The notes under the pieces: generated by a model
Told to the model about the DNA's origin: nothing
The model's input: only the letters and a program-made list of their open reading frames with translations
The model's database searches: none
DNA from: an uncultured bacterium
Lineage (GTDB): Bacteria; Acidobacteriota; Blastocatellia; Pyrinomonadales; Pyrinomonadaceae
DNA: 41,750 nt
Reading direction: 5' to 3'
Assembly: GCA_965651435.1 (NCBI GenBank)
Contig: CBFGSN010000001.1
Coordinates: 1-41,750, forward strand
Shown here: positions 7,217 to 14,206 of the stretch, one piece after another
Layout: each line of letters opens with the position of its first letter
How positions within the stretch are numbered: the stretch's first letter is position 1
Program-made: the position numbers and the translations under genes

Positions 7217-8887
7217 TTATCTGACGCCGGAAAGTTCGGGCGGCAGCTGTTTATCGATAACAGGACGCTGCTCGACATTCGCGAGTTCCAGCGCGGTGAG
7301 CATGATCGTCCGCGTGACCTTTTCCATCTTGTCGAAATCGATCTTATCGACCGTGTCCGATGCTTGATGGTAATCTTCGTGAACACCGTCGAACCAGAAC
7401 GCGATAGGAATGCCGTTCATCGCATAATTGAAATGGTCAGAGCGGAAGAAGAAGCGGTTCGGATCTTTCGGGTCGTCATAACGCGTGTTGTAGGCAAGCT
7501 TCAGATACGCGTTGTTCGTTCCGTCAACGATCGCACCGAGCTCCGAACTCATCATGTCCTTGCCGATGACGTAGATCTCATCCTTTTTCGAAAGTTCTTC
7601 GTTACAGCGTTTGCGCGGAGCGTCGCATTTAATGATGTTGTTCGGGTCCTGCGTTCGGCCGATCATGTCGATGTTCAACTGGGCAACGACCTTTTTGATA
7701 TCAACCGTCGGGAATTTATTGAAATATGCACTGCCCCAAAGGCCTTTTTCCTCGCCCGCGTGCCAGACGAAAAGGATCGAACGGTTCGGACGCGTCTTTG
7801 TTTTTGCAAGGGCTTCGGCAATGGCGAGCACCGCTGTCGTGCCGGAGCCGTCATCATCGGCACCGTTCCAGATCTTGTCGTCGCCAGGTGCGTTCGGATT
7901 CGTTCCGACGTGATCGTAATGGGCACCGATGGCGACCATTTCATCTTTGAGCGGGCCGGAGCCTTCCCAGATCGCGACGACGTTCTGCGTCGGTACGCGG
8001 TCAACCTTTGAGATTATATTCGCGGTGAACGTTGCGGCAAGATCTTTTACCGCCGAACCGGTGCCCGAAAGCGGGTTACCGGCTTCGCCCGCAAATATCG
8101 AATTTGCGGCTGATTCCGAAAGAAGGAAGGTGGGGATCTGCTTTCCGCCGTCCTCGTCGTCGTTAAGTTTTTCGATCGAAGTTCCGCCCCGGCCAAAAAA
8201 GTTTCCGAGCCGATCCCAGTTCTCCTTCAGAAATCCTGAGGGCAGCACGACCACTGCCGCCGCGCCGTTATCGCGGGCATAGGTCATGCCGTCGCTGTAA
8301 TCCACGCCGCGTTCGCCTTTCAGGTCGGCTTGAGTTACCCCTTTCGGAAGTCCCATGAGCGAACGTCCGTTCGACGGAGCGTCCGAATAAAGCAAGACGA
8401 CCTTGTCCTTAACATCCAATCCGGCAAAAGCGTTGATGTTTTTGGACTTGATCACCCAACCATCACCGGCAAAGACCATTTTCTTGCCCGCGACATTGTC
8501 CGTCGAACCGGGCAGCCGATAGAAATCCTTGGCGTATGCCAATTTCTTATCGCCTATATTAATGAACGATGCATCAGGGTCGATCGATGTTTCGACGACG
8601 TACATACGCTGGAAAAATGTTCCGTCGTCGCCGGCGGGCTTAAAGCCCCATTTTTCCAGGTTCATCCTGATGAACTCAGCCGTAATATCGAGTCCTTGCG
8701 ACGGCGTATCGCGTCCGCCCATTGCGTCCGACGCGATGAATGTCAGATAACTTTTCATCTGGTCGGCCGTAACGGCGTCAGCCGCTTTCCGTTCGGCGGG
8801 TGATATGGTTACTTTGACCTGTGCAAACGATGCGGCATTGAGCAAGAGTACAGCCGCAATTGTATATATAAAAAACGTTCTTTTCAT
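7217..8887 (-). CDS. Secreted M28 family metallo-aminopeptidase with a PA (protease-associated) domain
   Basis: Signal peptide MKRTFFIYTIAAVLLLNAASFA. Zinc-ligand motifs GAHYDHVG, ADDDGSGT and GEEKGLWGS, plus a late HEDYHQ. Confidence 0.85.
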   Translation of the reverse strand: MKRTFFIYTIAAVLLLNAASFAQVKVTISPAERKAADAVTADQMKSYLTFIASDAMGGRDTPSQGLDITAEFIRMNLEKWGFKPAGDDGTFFQRMYVVETSIDPDASFINIGDKKLAYAKDFYRLPGSTDNVAGKKMVFAGDGWVIKSKNINAFAGLDVKDKVVLLYSDAPSNGRSLMGLPKGVTQADLKGERGVDYSDGMTYARDNGAAAVVVLPSGFLKENWDRLGNFFGRGGTSIEKLNDDEDGGKQIPTFLLSESAANSIFAGEAGNPLSGTGSAVKDLAATFTANIISKVDRVPTQNVVAIWEGSGPLKDEMVAIGAHYDHVGTNPNAPGDDKIWNGADDDGSGTTAVLAIAEALAKTKTRPNRSILFVWHAGEEKGLWGSAYFNKFPTVDIKKVVAQLNIDMIGRTQDPNNIIKCDAPRKRCNEELSKKDEIYVIGKDMMSSELGAIVDGTNNAYLKLAYNTRYDDPKDPNRFFFRSDHFNYAMNGIPIAFWFDGVHEDYHQASDTVDKIDFDKMEKVTRTIMLTALELANVEQRPVIDKQLPPELSGVR

Positions 8888-8986
8888 TTATTCTCCGGAT
8901 ACGGCAAATGTCGCCGTTGGGTATTGGCTCGGCTTTCGCCTATTTATTCATTGATAATACGAGGGATGAGGTTCGATTGTTTCCGA

Positions 8987-9784
8987 TCAAGTGCCGATAA
9001 CGCATATTTTATTGCGGTTGGCCAGCCGAAGCATTTCATCGCGGCCGAAGATAAGCGTTTTACCGGCGGAAACCGAAATGCACGTCGCACCGGCGGCGAT
9101 CATATGCTCGATCGTCGGAACGCCGATGACGGGAACGTCGAAACGCATATCCTGATCGGGTTTTGCGACCTTTACGACGGTCAGTTTGCCGCGAGCGAGC
9201 GACCCGGCGCGCTTTATGGTTTCGTCGGTTCCTTCCATTGCTTCGATGGCGACACACGCCGACGAACGCACGACGATGGTTTGGCCGAGATCGAGCCGGG
9301 CGATCTCGTTCGCGATATGCAGGCCGTAATCGATATTCTGTTGTTCGATGTCGATCGGGCCGCGCTTTGTCATAACACCTTTCGGCGCCAGATGATCTTT
9401 GATAAGTGTTGTCGAATCAATTAGTTCCAGGCCTTCTTTTTCCATTTCGCCGGCAACACCGCCGATCAATGCGTCAGTATTTCGCCGCGGCAGATTCCAC
9501 AGCATTTTCATCATTCGCAGATCCGGCATCGCGCCTGAAAATATCTGAACATGCTTTACCTGTCCGGCCATCATCACCTGTGTCACGCCGTTCTTCTTAA
9601 AATGCGCGATCATTTTCCCGAGCTGGCCGATGCCGAGCCAGACGACATCGGCCGCGGCTTCGTCGATGGCTTTGTCGGTTTCTTCTTTTATCGCGACAAC
9701 GCAAAGTTCGACGCCCTGTTTTTTTGCGCCTTCGACGACCAGGAAAGGGAATTGGCCGTTGCCGGCGATGAGGCCGTATTTCAT
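8987..9784 (-). CDS. lpxI: UDP-2,3-diacylglucosamine pyrophosphatase LpxI (DUF1009)
   Basis: YGLIAGNGQFPF at the N-terminus, then LDLGQTIVV...AIEAMEGTDETIKRAG and KPDQDMRFDVPVIGVPTI. This is colinear with LpxI as I recall it from Caulobacter. Confidence 0.8.
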   Translation of the reverse strand: MKYGLIAGNGQFPFLVVEGAKKQGVELCVVAIKEETDKAIDEAAADVVWLGIGQLGKMIAHFKKNGVTQVMMAGQVKHVQIFSGAMPDLRMMKMLWNLPRRNTDALIGGVAGEMEKEGLELIDSTTLIKDHLAPKGVMTKRGPIDIEQQNIDYGLHIANEIARLDLGQTIVVRSSACVAIEAMEGTDETIKRAGSLARGKLTVVKVAKPDQDMRFDVPVIGVPTIEHMIAAGATCISVSAGKTLIFGRDEMLRLANRNKICVIGT

Positions 9785-10287
9785 AGGTTTACCGAATAAA
9801 GATCGAGAATTTCGCCGTTCGGCATAGGCAGATCGCCATCAAGCGAAAATCCCAGTTTTGCAAGAAGTTTACCCGATGCGGTGTTGTCTTTGGTAGCGAT
9901 GGCGAGAATTTTTGCGAATTTGAGGTGTTCGCAGCCGTATGCGAGCACGGCCTTGGCCGATTCGAAGCCATAACCTTTTCGCTCGTGTTCGGCACGGAAC
10001 GCAAAACCGATGTCCGGAAATTCGAGCGTTTCGCGTTTAACGAAGCCGCAGATGCCGACCGGCTCTTTCGTTTCCTTCAGTTCCACAAGCCAAAGGCCAA
10101 AGCCATTCGAGGCATAACTTTGCGTGAAATTTGCCGCGATATATCTCTCCGCCGCGTCAAGGTCCTTCACGCCCTTGTCGCCGATGTACCTATGAAACGA
10201 CGGTTCGTTATAAAGTTCAAAAATGAACGCCGCGTCGCCGGCAGCGATCTCACGCAGGGAAAGACGTTCGGTTTCAAGTATTGCCAT
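9781..10287 (-). CDS. GNAT family N-acetyltransferase (RimJ/RimL-like)
   Basis: ILETERLSLREIAAGDAAFIFELYNEP and GFAFRAEHERKGYGFESAKAVLAYG are typical of the Acetyltransf_3 family. The stop overlaps the lpxI start in an ATGA. Confidence 0.8.
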   Translation of the reverse strand: MAILETERLSLREIAAGDAAFIFELYNEPSFHRYIGDKGVKDLDAAERYIAANFTQSYASNGFGLWLVELKETKEPVGICGFVKRETLEFPDIGFAFRAEHERKGYGFESAKAVLAYGCEHLKFAKILAIATKDNTASGKLLAKLGFSLDGDLPMPNGEILDLYSVNL

Positions 10288-10291
10288 TCGG

Positions 10292-10819
10292 TCAATAATA
10301 TTTGAATGCGAGAATAATTAAAACAATGCCGAGAGCAATGAATGTCCAACACATCCAGATACCGATACGGTCGTTGCGCTTATTCCATTCAACGCTTTTT
10401 GCCGGATCGATATAAACTGATGATGTTTCGATGCCTTGTATTTCACGCGAATCTTCGGACGACAACCAGATCTTTGCGGAATTCGAGATATTTAGATCAT
10501 CAACCAGCTCATTCCTATCTCGGTCTTTTTTCCATATTCCGTCTAGGATCGTATAGTCTTCGCGGCCGTCCGATCTTAAAACGATCGACCCACTACGCGA
10601 ATTTGATGTTGCATGGTCGTAATCGACAGTGCGGACGATCAGGTCATCGATTGTTTCTTGTTCGCCGGAATATAAATAACTTAATCCGAAGCCTGAGAAC
10701 AACACGGTCAATACGCCGATCGAAACGAATAGCAGTCGACTCTTAGTCTGCGCCGCCGTGCTGATGATAGAGGCTCGGATAACACCTTCAACTATGTCGG
10801 CGAGAATGCTCATTCTCAA
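10292..10819 (-). CDS. Hypothetical membrane protein with two predicted TM helices flanking a roughly 100-aa polar domain
   Basis: Hydrophobic stretches LLFVSIGVLTVLFSGFGLSYLY and IGIWMCWTFIALGIVLIILAF. No recognised domain. Visibly AT-rich. Confidence 0.55.
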   Translation of the reverse strand: MRMSILADIVEGVIRASIISTAAQTKSRLLFVSIGVLTVLFSGFGLSYLYSGEQETIDDLIVRTVDYDHATSNSRSGSIVLRSDGREDYTILDGIWKKDRDRNELVDDLNISNSAKIWLSSEDSREIQGIETSSVYIDPAKSVEWNKRNDRIGIWMCWTFIALGIVLIILAFKYY

Positions 10820-10842
10820 TCGTATAAGCTAACACAAAATAT

Positions 10843-11133
10843 TTAGGCCAAGCGTCGTCCGGTCCGATCAGGATCACGCCAATCATCCAAGATGGCGTAA
10901 ATTTTTACGGTTTGCTCTTCCACCAGGTAATAAATAGAGTACGGAAACCTCGAAGCGATCATGCGATGTTTTCCGAGGTGAAGTGAATGGACCCTGGCGA
11001 GAAATGTGAGCCGCTCCATATCGGCTGTTATAGATTCGAGAAAGAACTTTCCAACTCCGTCGGACTGTTTTTCGTAAAACCAATATGCATCGATCAGGTC
11101 GTTCTCTGCTTCGGGAAGAATTAGGAGATTCAT
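10843..11133 (-). CDS. Type II toxin, ParE/RelE superfamily (copy 1)
   Basis: 96 aa. ILPEAENDLIDAYWFYEKQ...GKHRMIASRFPYSIYYLVEEQTVKIYAILDDWRDP fits the ParE/RelE plasmid-stabilisation fold pattern. A 4-nt ATGA overlap joins it to the upstream antitoxin gene. Confidence 0.8.
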   Translation of the reverse strand: MNLLILPEAENDLIDAYWFYEKQSDGVGKFFLESITADMERLTFLARVHSLHLGKHRMIASRFPYSIYYLVEEQTVKIYAILDDWRDPDRTGRRLA

Positions 11134-11366
11134 CTTTTCAGATCGATCGTTTTACGAAATATCTCGGCCTTTGCCTCATTCCAGTCGATAAAACTAGTCT
11201 TTCCATCGGCGATCGCGCGCTCACGGGCTTCGAGAACCTGTGCATGCCATTCGGGTGGTTCCACATCTCGTGTGTTGGCGGACATGATCTTCCACAGCGC
11301 TTCCATCAGTTCGACCCTCTGGGCGGCTGTCATGTCCTCTATAGCCGGTATTGTTTGAACAGTCAT
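11130..11366 (-). CDS. Antitoxin, putative addiction-module component (Unstab_antitox-like, copy 1)
   Basis: 78 aa. IEDMTAAQRVELMEALWKIM...PPEWHAQVLEARERAIADGKTSFIDWNEAKAEI matches the addiction module component pattern. Confidence 0.8.
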   Translation of the reverse strand: MTVQTIPAIEDMTAAQRVELMEALWKIMSANTRDVEPPEWHAQVLEARERAIADGKTSFIDWNEAKAEIFRKTIDLKR

Positions 11367-11371
11367 ACCTT

Positions 11372-11380
11372 ATTATACCA
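11372..11380 (-). promoter_or_regulatory. Extended -10 element TGgTATAAT ending 5 nt upstream of the antitoxin-1 ATG
   Basis: The minus strand reads tgcaTGgTATAATaaggtATG. Confidence 0.4.
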
Positions 11381-11403
11381 TGCATTTCGCGCGTCCGGCG
11401 GCA

Positions 11404-11420
11404 GGATTCGGTGCGAATCC
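11404..11420. promoter_or_regulatory. Perfect inverted repeat GGATTCG-gtg-CGAATCC
   Basis: A 7-bp arm IR centred about 35 nt upstream of the TATAAT box of antitoxin 1 and 11 nt downstream of the stop of the 254-aa ORF. It could be an operator or a terminator hairpin. Confidence 0.5.
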
Positions 11421-11430
11421 AACAACTGCT

Positions 11431-12195
11431 TTAATTCATTATTACACCGGGCGGCAGGTCTATTTCCGGTTCTCTTGCGGGTTCGAAGTCCTTACATACC
11501 CGGATCGCGTTGCGTAGATCTGAGTCAAACCGGCGAGCCTGCGCTTCGTTGTCGAATACAAAAGTTAGGATCTCGCCATAGATCTTTTCGGTTCTGCGTT
11601 CGTGAGTCGCCATAAACAGGATCGGCAAACCGCCTTTCGCTTTTATTTGAACCACCCATTTGTTATAGCCCGGTTTATTCAGTTTTTTCGAGAGCATCCG
11701 CGGCCGTTTTCCTTTTTTGTAACTTAGATCGTACAGCGGGACATTAAATTCCAAATAAGCCGCAAGCCGGTCACGGTACAAAGTGTAAAAGAACCCATGC
11801 ACATTCTCGTAACCGATCGGATTGTCGTCAGATAGGGATAGGTATGATATCAGTGCCGACCGACGCTCGAGCCTCAACGTGCAATCTTTGAGCGGCTCCA
11901 TCGCTAAACCTTTCATGACGTGGACCTCCTGACGCGGTGTTTTCGATATCTCCAAATCGTCCGAAGGGGAATATCCTTCGTTCACAAGCCAGATCTCTGC
12001 TTGTTCAATGTCTTCCTTATTAAGCTGTTTGAAAATAGGCGACGAGGTTCGGGTGACCGGCGATTTTATCTGCGCAGTTATGCTTACAGGACAGGAACAG
12101 AAAAAGATGATCAGAAGAAATTTGCGCATATCGCTCAAAAATACACGTCGCAGCGATCCTAATATATGACGAATAAGCAATATTCGGAAGTTCAA
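11431..12195 (-). CDS. Orphan hypothetical protein, probably secreted
   Basis: 254-aa ORF. The internal start MRKFLLIIFFCSCPVSITAQ (ATG at 12129) gives a signal peptide. No domain recognised. It sits between the two TA pairs. Confidence 0.55.
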   Translation of the reverse strand: MNFRILLIRHILGSLRRVFLSDMRKFLLIIFFCSCPVSITAQIKSPVTRTSSPIFKQLNKEDIEQAEIWLVNEGYSPSDDLEISKTPRQEVHVMKGLAMEPLKDCTLRLERRSALISYLSLSDDNPIGYENVHGFFYTLYRDRLAAYLEFNVPLYDLSYKKGKRPRMLSKKLNKPGYNKWVVQIKAKGGLPILFMATHERRTEKIYGEILTFVFDNEAQARRFDSDLRNAIRVCKDFEPAREPEIDLPPGVIMN

Positions 12196-12202
12196 ATCAG
12201 GA

Positions 12203-12493
12203 TCAGTTCAGCCGATCGTTTATCCATTCCGGGTCGCGGCGTTGGTCTATTACGGCATAAACGTTAACTTCATTGCTTTCGATCAGATAAAAGATAGAAT
12301 AAGGGAATTTTGATGCTACCATTCGATGCTTTCCGAAATATACTGCATGTCCACCTGCTGAAAACTCTAACCGATCAATATCTTTCATGACCGAAGTGAT
12401 AAAATATCGTCCCAGTTCTTCGTCTTGGTTCTCGTAAAACCAATAAGCATCAACAATATCTTCCTGAGCTTCAGGCAGTATGTTAATTTTCAT
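12203..12493 (-). CDS. Type II toxin, ParE/RelE superfamily (copy 2)
   Basis: 96 aa, colinear with copy 1: ILPEAQEDIVDAYWFYENQ...GKHRMVASKFPYSIFYLIESNEVNVYAVIDQRRDP. Roughly 55% identity by eye. ATGA overlap with its antitoxin. Confidence 0.8.
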   Translation of the reverse strand: MKINILPEAQEDIVDAYWFYENQDEELGRYFITSVMKDIDRLEFSAGGHAVYFGKHRMVASKFPYSIFYLIESNEVNVYAVIDQRRDPEWINDRLN

Positions 12494-12726
12494 TTTTTGA
12501 GATGAATTGTTCGACGCAGAATTTCAGCTTTTGCTTCTTCCCAATCTACAAATTCTGTTTCACCATTTGCCAAAGCCCTTTCCCTTTCTTCCAGGATCCT
12601 CAGATGCCATTTGGGCGGAGGAGAATTTTCAACTCTTTCCTTCATCGCTTGCCAAAGAGCTTCCAGAAGCTCGGCTTGTTGGCCGGCAGTCATATCTTTA
12701 ATATCGGGTATTGTCTGAACGTTCAT
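12490..12726 (-). CDS. Antitoxin, addiction-module component (copy 2)
   Basis: The track ORF extends to 12747. Alignment with copy 1 (MTVQTIPAIEDM vs MNVQTIPDIKDM) favours the ATG at 12726, which also removes the overlap with lipA. Confidence 0.75.
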   Translation of the reverse strand: MNVQTIPDIKDMTAGQQAELLEALWQAMKERVENSPPPKWHLRILEERERALANGETEFVDWEEAKAEILRRTIHLKK

Positions 12727-12732
12727 AGAAAA

Positions 12733-12738
12733 ATTATA
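12733..12738 (-). promoter_or_regulatory. TATAAT box ending 6 nt upstream of the antitoxin-2 ATG
   Basis: The minus strand reads gcgtTATAATttttctATG. It lies just after the lipA stop codon (12744..12746). Confidence 0.35.
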
Positions 12739-12743
12739 ACGCA

Positions 12744-13676
12744 TCACACCGCGATCTTTTCATCATTTTCGGCCTGTTCCCGTGCGTGATACGACGAACG
12801 CGTCAGCGGCGATGATTGAACATGTTTGAAGCCCATTGCTTCGCCGATGCGTTTCCATTCGGCAAATTCTTCGGGCGTGACATAGCGTTCGACCGGCAGC
12901 CGTTTTTCATATGGCTGCAGGTATTGCCCGATCGTCATGATGTCGCACGAAACCTTGCGCAGATCTTTCATCAGATCGACGACCTCTTCGAATTCTTCGC
13001 CGAGCCCCGCCATAATGCCGCTTTTCGTCAGCATTTCGGGAAATTGAGTATCGCGAAAATGAGCTGAACGCTCAAGCAGTTCAAGCGTTTGATCGTATTT
13101 CGCATCCGGGCGAACACGGCGATACAGCCGGGCGATCGTTTCGGTGTTGTGGTTCAGAACGTCGGGACGCGCGTTCAATACGTTATTCAGCGCGGCTTCG
13201 TCGCCGTTAAAATCCGGGATCAGAACCTCTACCTTGCATTCAGGGTTGAGCTCGCGGACGCGGGTTATTGTTTCGGCCCAGTGCATCGAACCGCCGTCCG
13301 GCAGGTCGTCGCGGTTGACCGATGTTATAACGGCGTGTTTAAGTCCGAGGTGCGTGACGGCTTCGGCAACATGCGTCGGTTCCATTGGATCGAGGTCCAT
13401 CGGTTTGCCTTTGTTTACGGCGCAAAATCCGCAATGCCGCGTACAGGTATCGCCGCCGAGCATGAACGTCGCGGTCTTGTCCGTCCAGCATTCGAAAATG
13501 TTCGGGCATTTTGCTTCCTGGCAAACCGTGTGCAGGTTTAGGCCTTCGATAAGATCCAACACGGCATTCTGATTGGACGGATCGCCAAGCTTTATCTTAA
13601 GCCAATCAGGTTTGCGGAGTCTTGGGCGCTGTTTGCGGTTCAGGAATTTCTGAACCAGAACTTTCTCTTCGATCAT
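12744..13676 (-). CDS. lipA: Lipoyl synthase (radical SAM)
   Basis: CQEAKCPNIFECW auxiliary-cluster motif and CTRHCGFCAV radical-SAM CxxxCxxC motif, with SVNRDDLPDGG and a length typical of LipA. Confidence 0.92.
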   Translation of the reverse strand: MIEEKVLVQKFLNRKQRPRLRKPDWLKIKLGDPSNQNAVLDLIEGLNLHTVCQEAKCPNIFECWTDKTATFMLGGDTCTRHCGFCAVNKGKPMDLDPMEPTHVAEAVTHLGLKHAVITSVNRDDLPDGGSMHWAETITRVRELNPECKVEVLIPDFNGDEAALNNVLNARPDVLNHNTETIARLYRRVRPDAKYDQTLELLERSAHFRDTQFPEMLTKSGIMAGLGEEFEEVVDLMKDLRKVSCDIMTIGQYLQPYEKRLPVERYVTPEEFAEWKRIGEAMGFKHVQSSPLTRSSYHAREQAENDEKIAV

Positions 13677-13745
13677 AAAACCACCAAAGATTCAGATTAT
13701 CATAATCGCGATACGTAGTCGCGCCCGACAGAACCTACTCGTATC

Positions 13746-13820
13746 GCGTTCGGAGTTCCAGCTTCAGCTAGTGTTCGGAGCTCCAGCTTCAGCTAGTGTT
13801 CGGAGTTCCAGCTTCAGCTG
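13746..13820. repeat. Tandem repeat, 25-bp unit x3 (GTGTTCGGAGYTCCAGCTTCAGCTA)
   Basis: Units at 13746..13770, 13771..13795 and 13796..13820 differ by 1-2 nt. Unit 2 contains the palindrome GGAGCTCC. The array lies 70-145 bp upstream of the lipA start. Confidence 0.9.
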
Positions 13821-14085
13821 GCTCCTTTAGCCCTACGATTCTGCGGTGATTTTTTTCTTCTTTTTCGTGATTTTCATATATTTCGCTGACAGTCATAAAA
13901 ACCGCCGATTATCATAAAGATCATCACAAAACACAGTTTCACCGTATGCTATGATCGCGTCGGCGATCATACGCGCGGATCGCCGCTGATCTTTGAAAAT
14001 TCATTAGCATGCGAATAAAAAAGAATATCGGAATGGACGAGTACCAAAAACGGCTAACCTTTGCAAATACGTTAGTTACGCGAAT

Positions 14086-14125
14086 GGGACAGGTGTGGAC
14101 ACCCCTGTGGACAGTGGTGTGGACA
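14086..14125. repeat. Phased TGGACA direct repeats with 12-nt periodicity
   Basis: GGGACA at 14086 and TGGACA at 14096, 14108 and 14120. A degenerate TGGACG follows at 14152. Confidence 0.75.
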
Positions 14126-14206
14126 CTGTCGTTTTTGGTGTGAACGGCGGGTGGACGCCGGCAGGGAATTAGAGCCGCCTGTTTTTGCAGACGGCTCGAG
14201 CGGGTC

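Noticed and set aside
10292-12747. Mobile element boundaries (integrase, transposase, tRNA target, terminal direct or inverted repeats) around the TA islet
   Set aside because: I looked for them and found none, so the islet is not called a mobile_element feature. Only the compositional and gene-content argument remains.
13746-13820. CRISPR array
   Set aside because: The 25-bp units are directly abutting with no spacers, there are only three copies, and no cas genes are in the window.
13677-14206. Possible replication origin (AT-rich tract, GATC cluster, DnaA-box-like TGTGGACA repeats)
   Set aside because: Flanking genes on both sides are on the same strand, so there is no divergence of gene orientation. 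No dnaA, dnaN or parAB lie nearby. The boxes match the DnaA consensus only about 7/9. The motifs are reported as findings, but the oriC interpretation is not supported.
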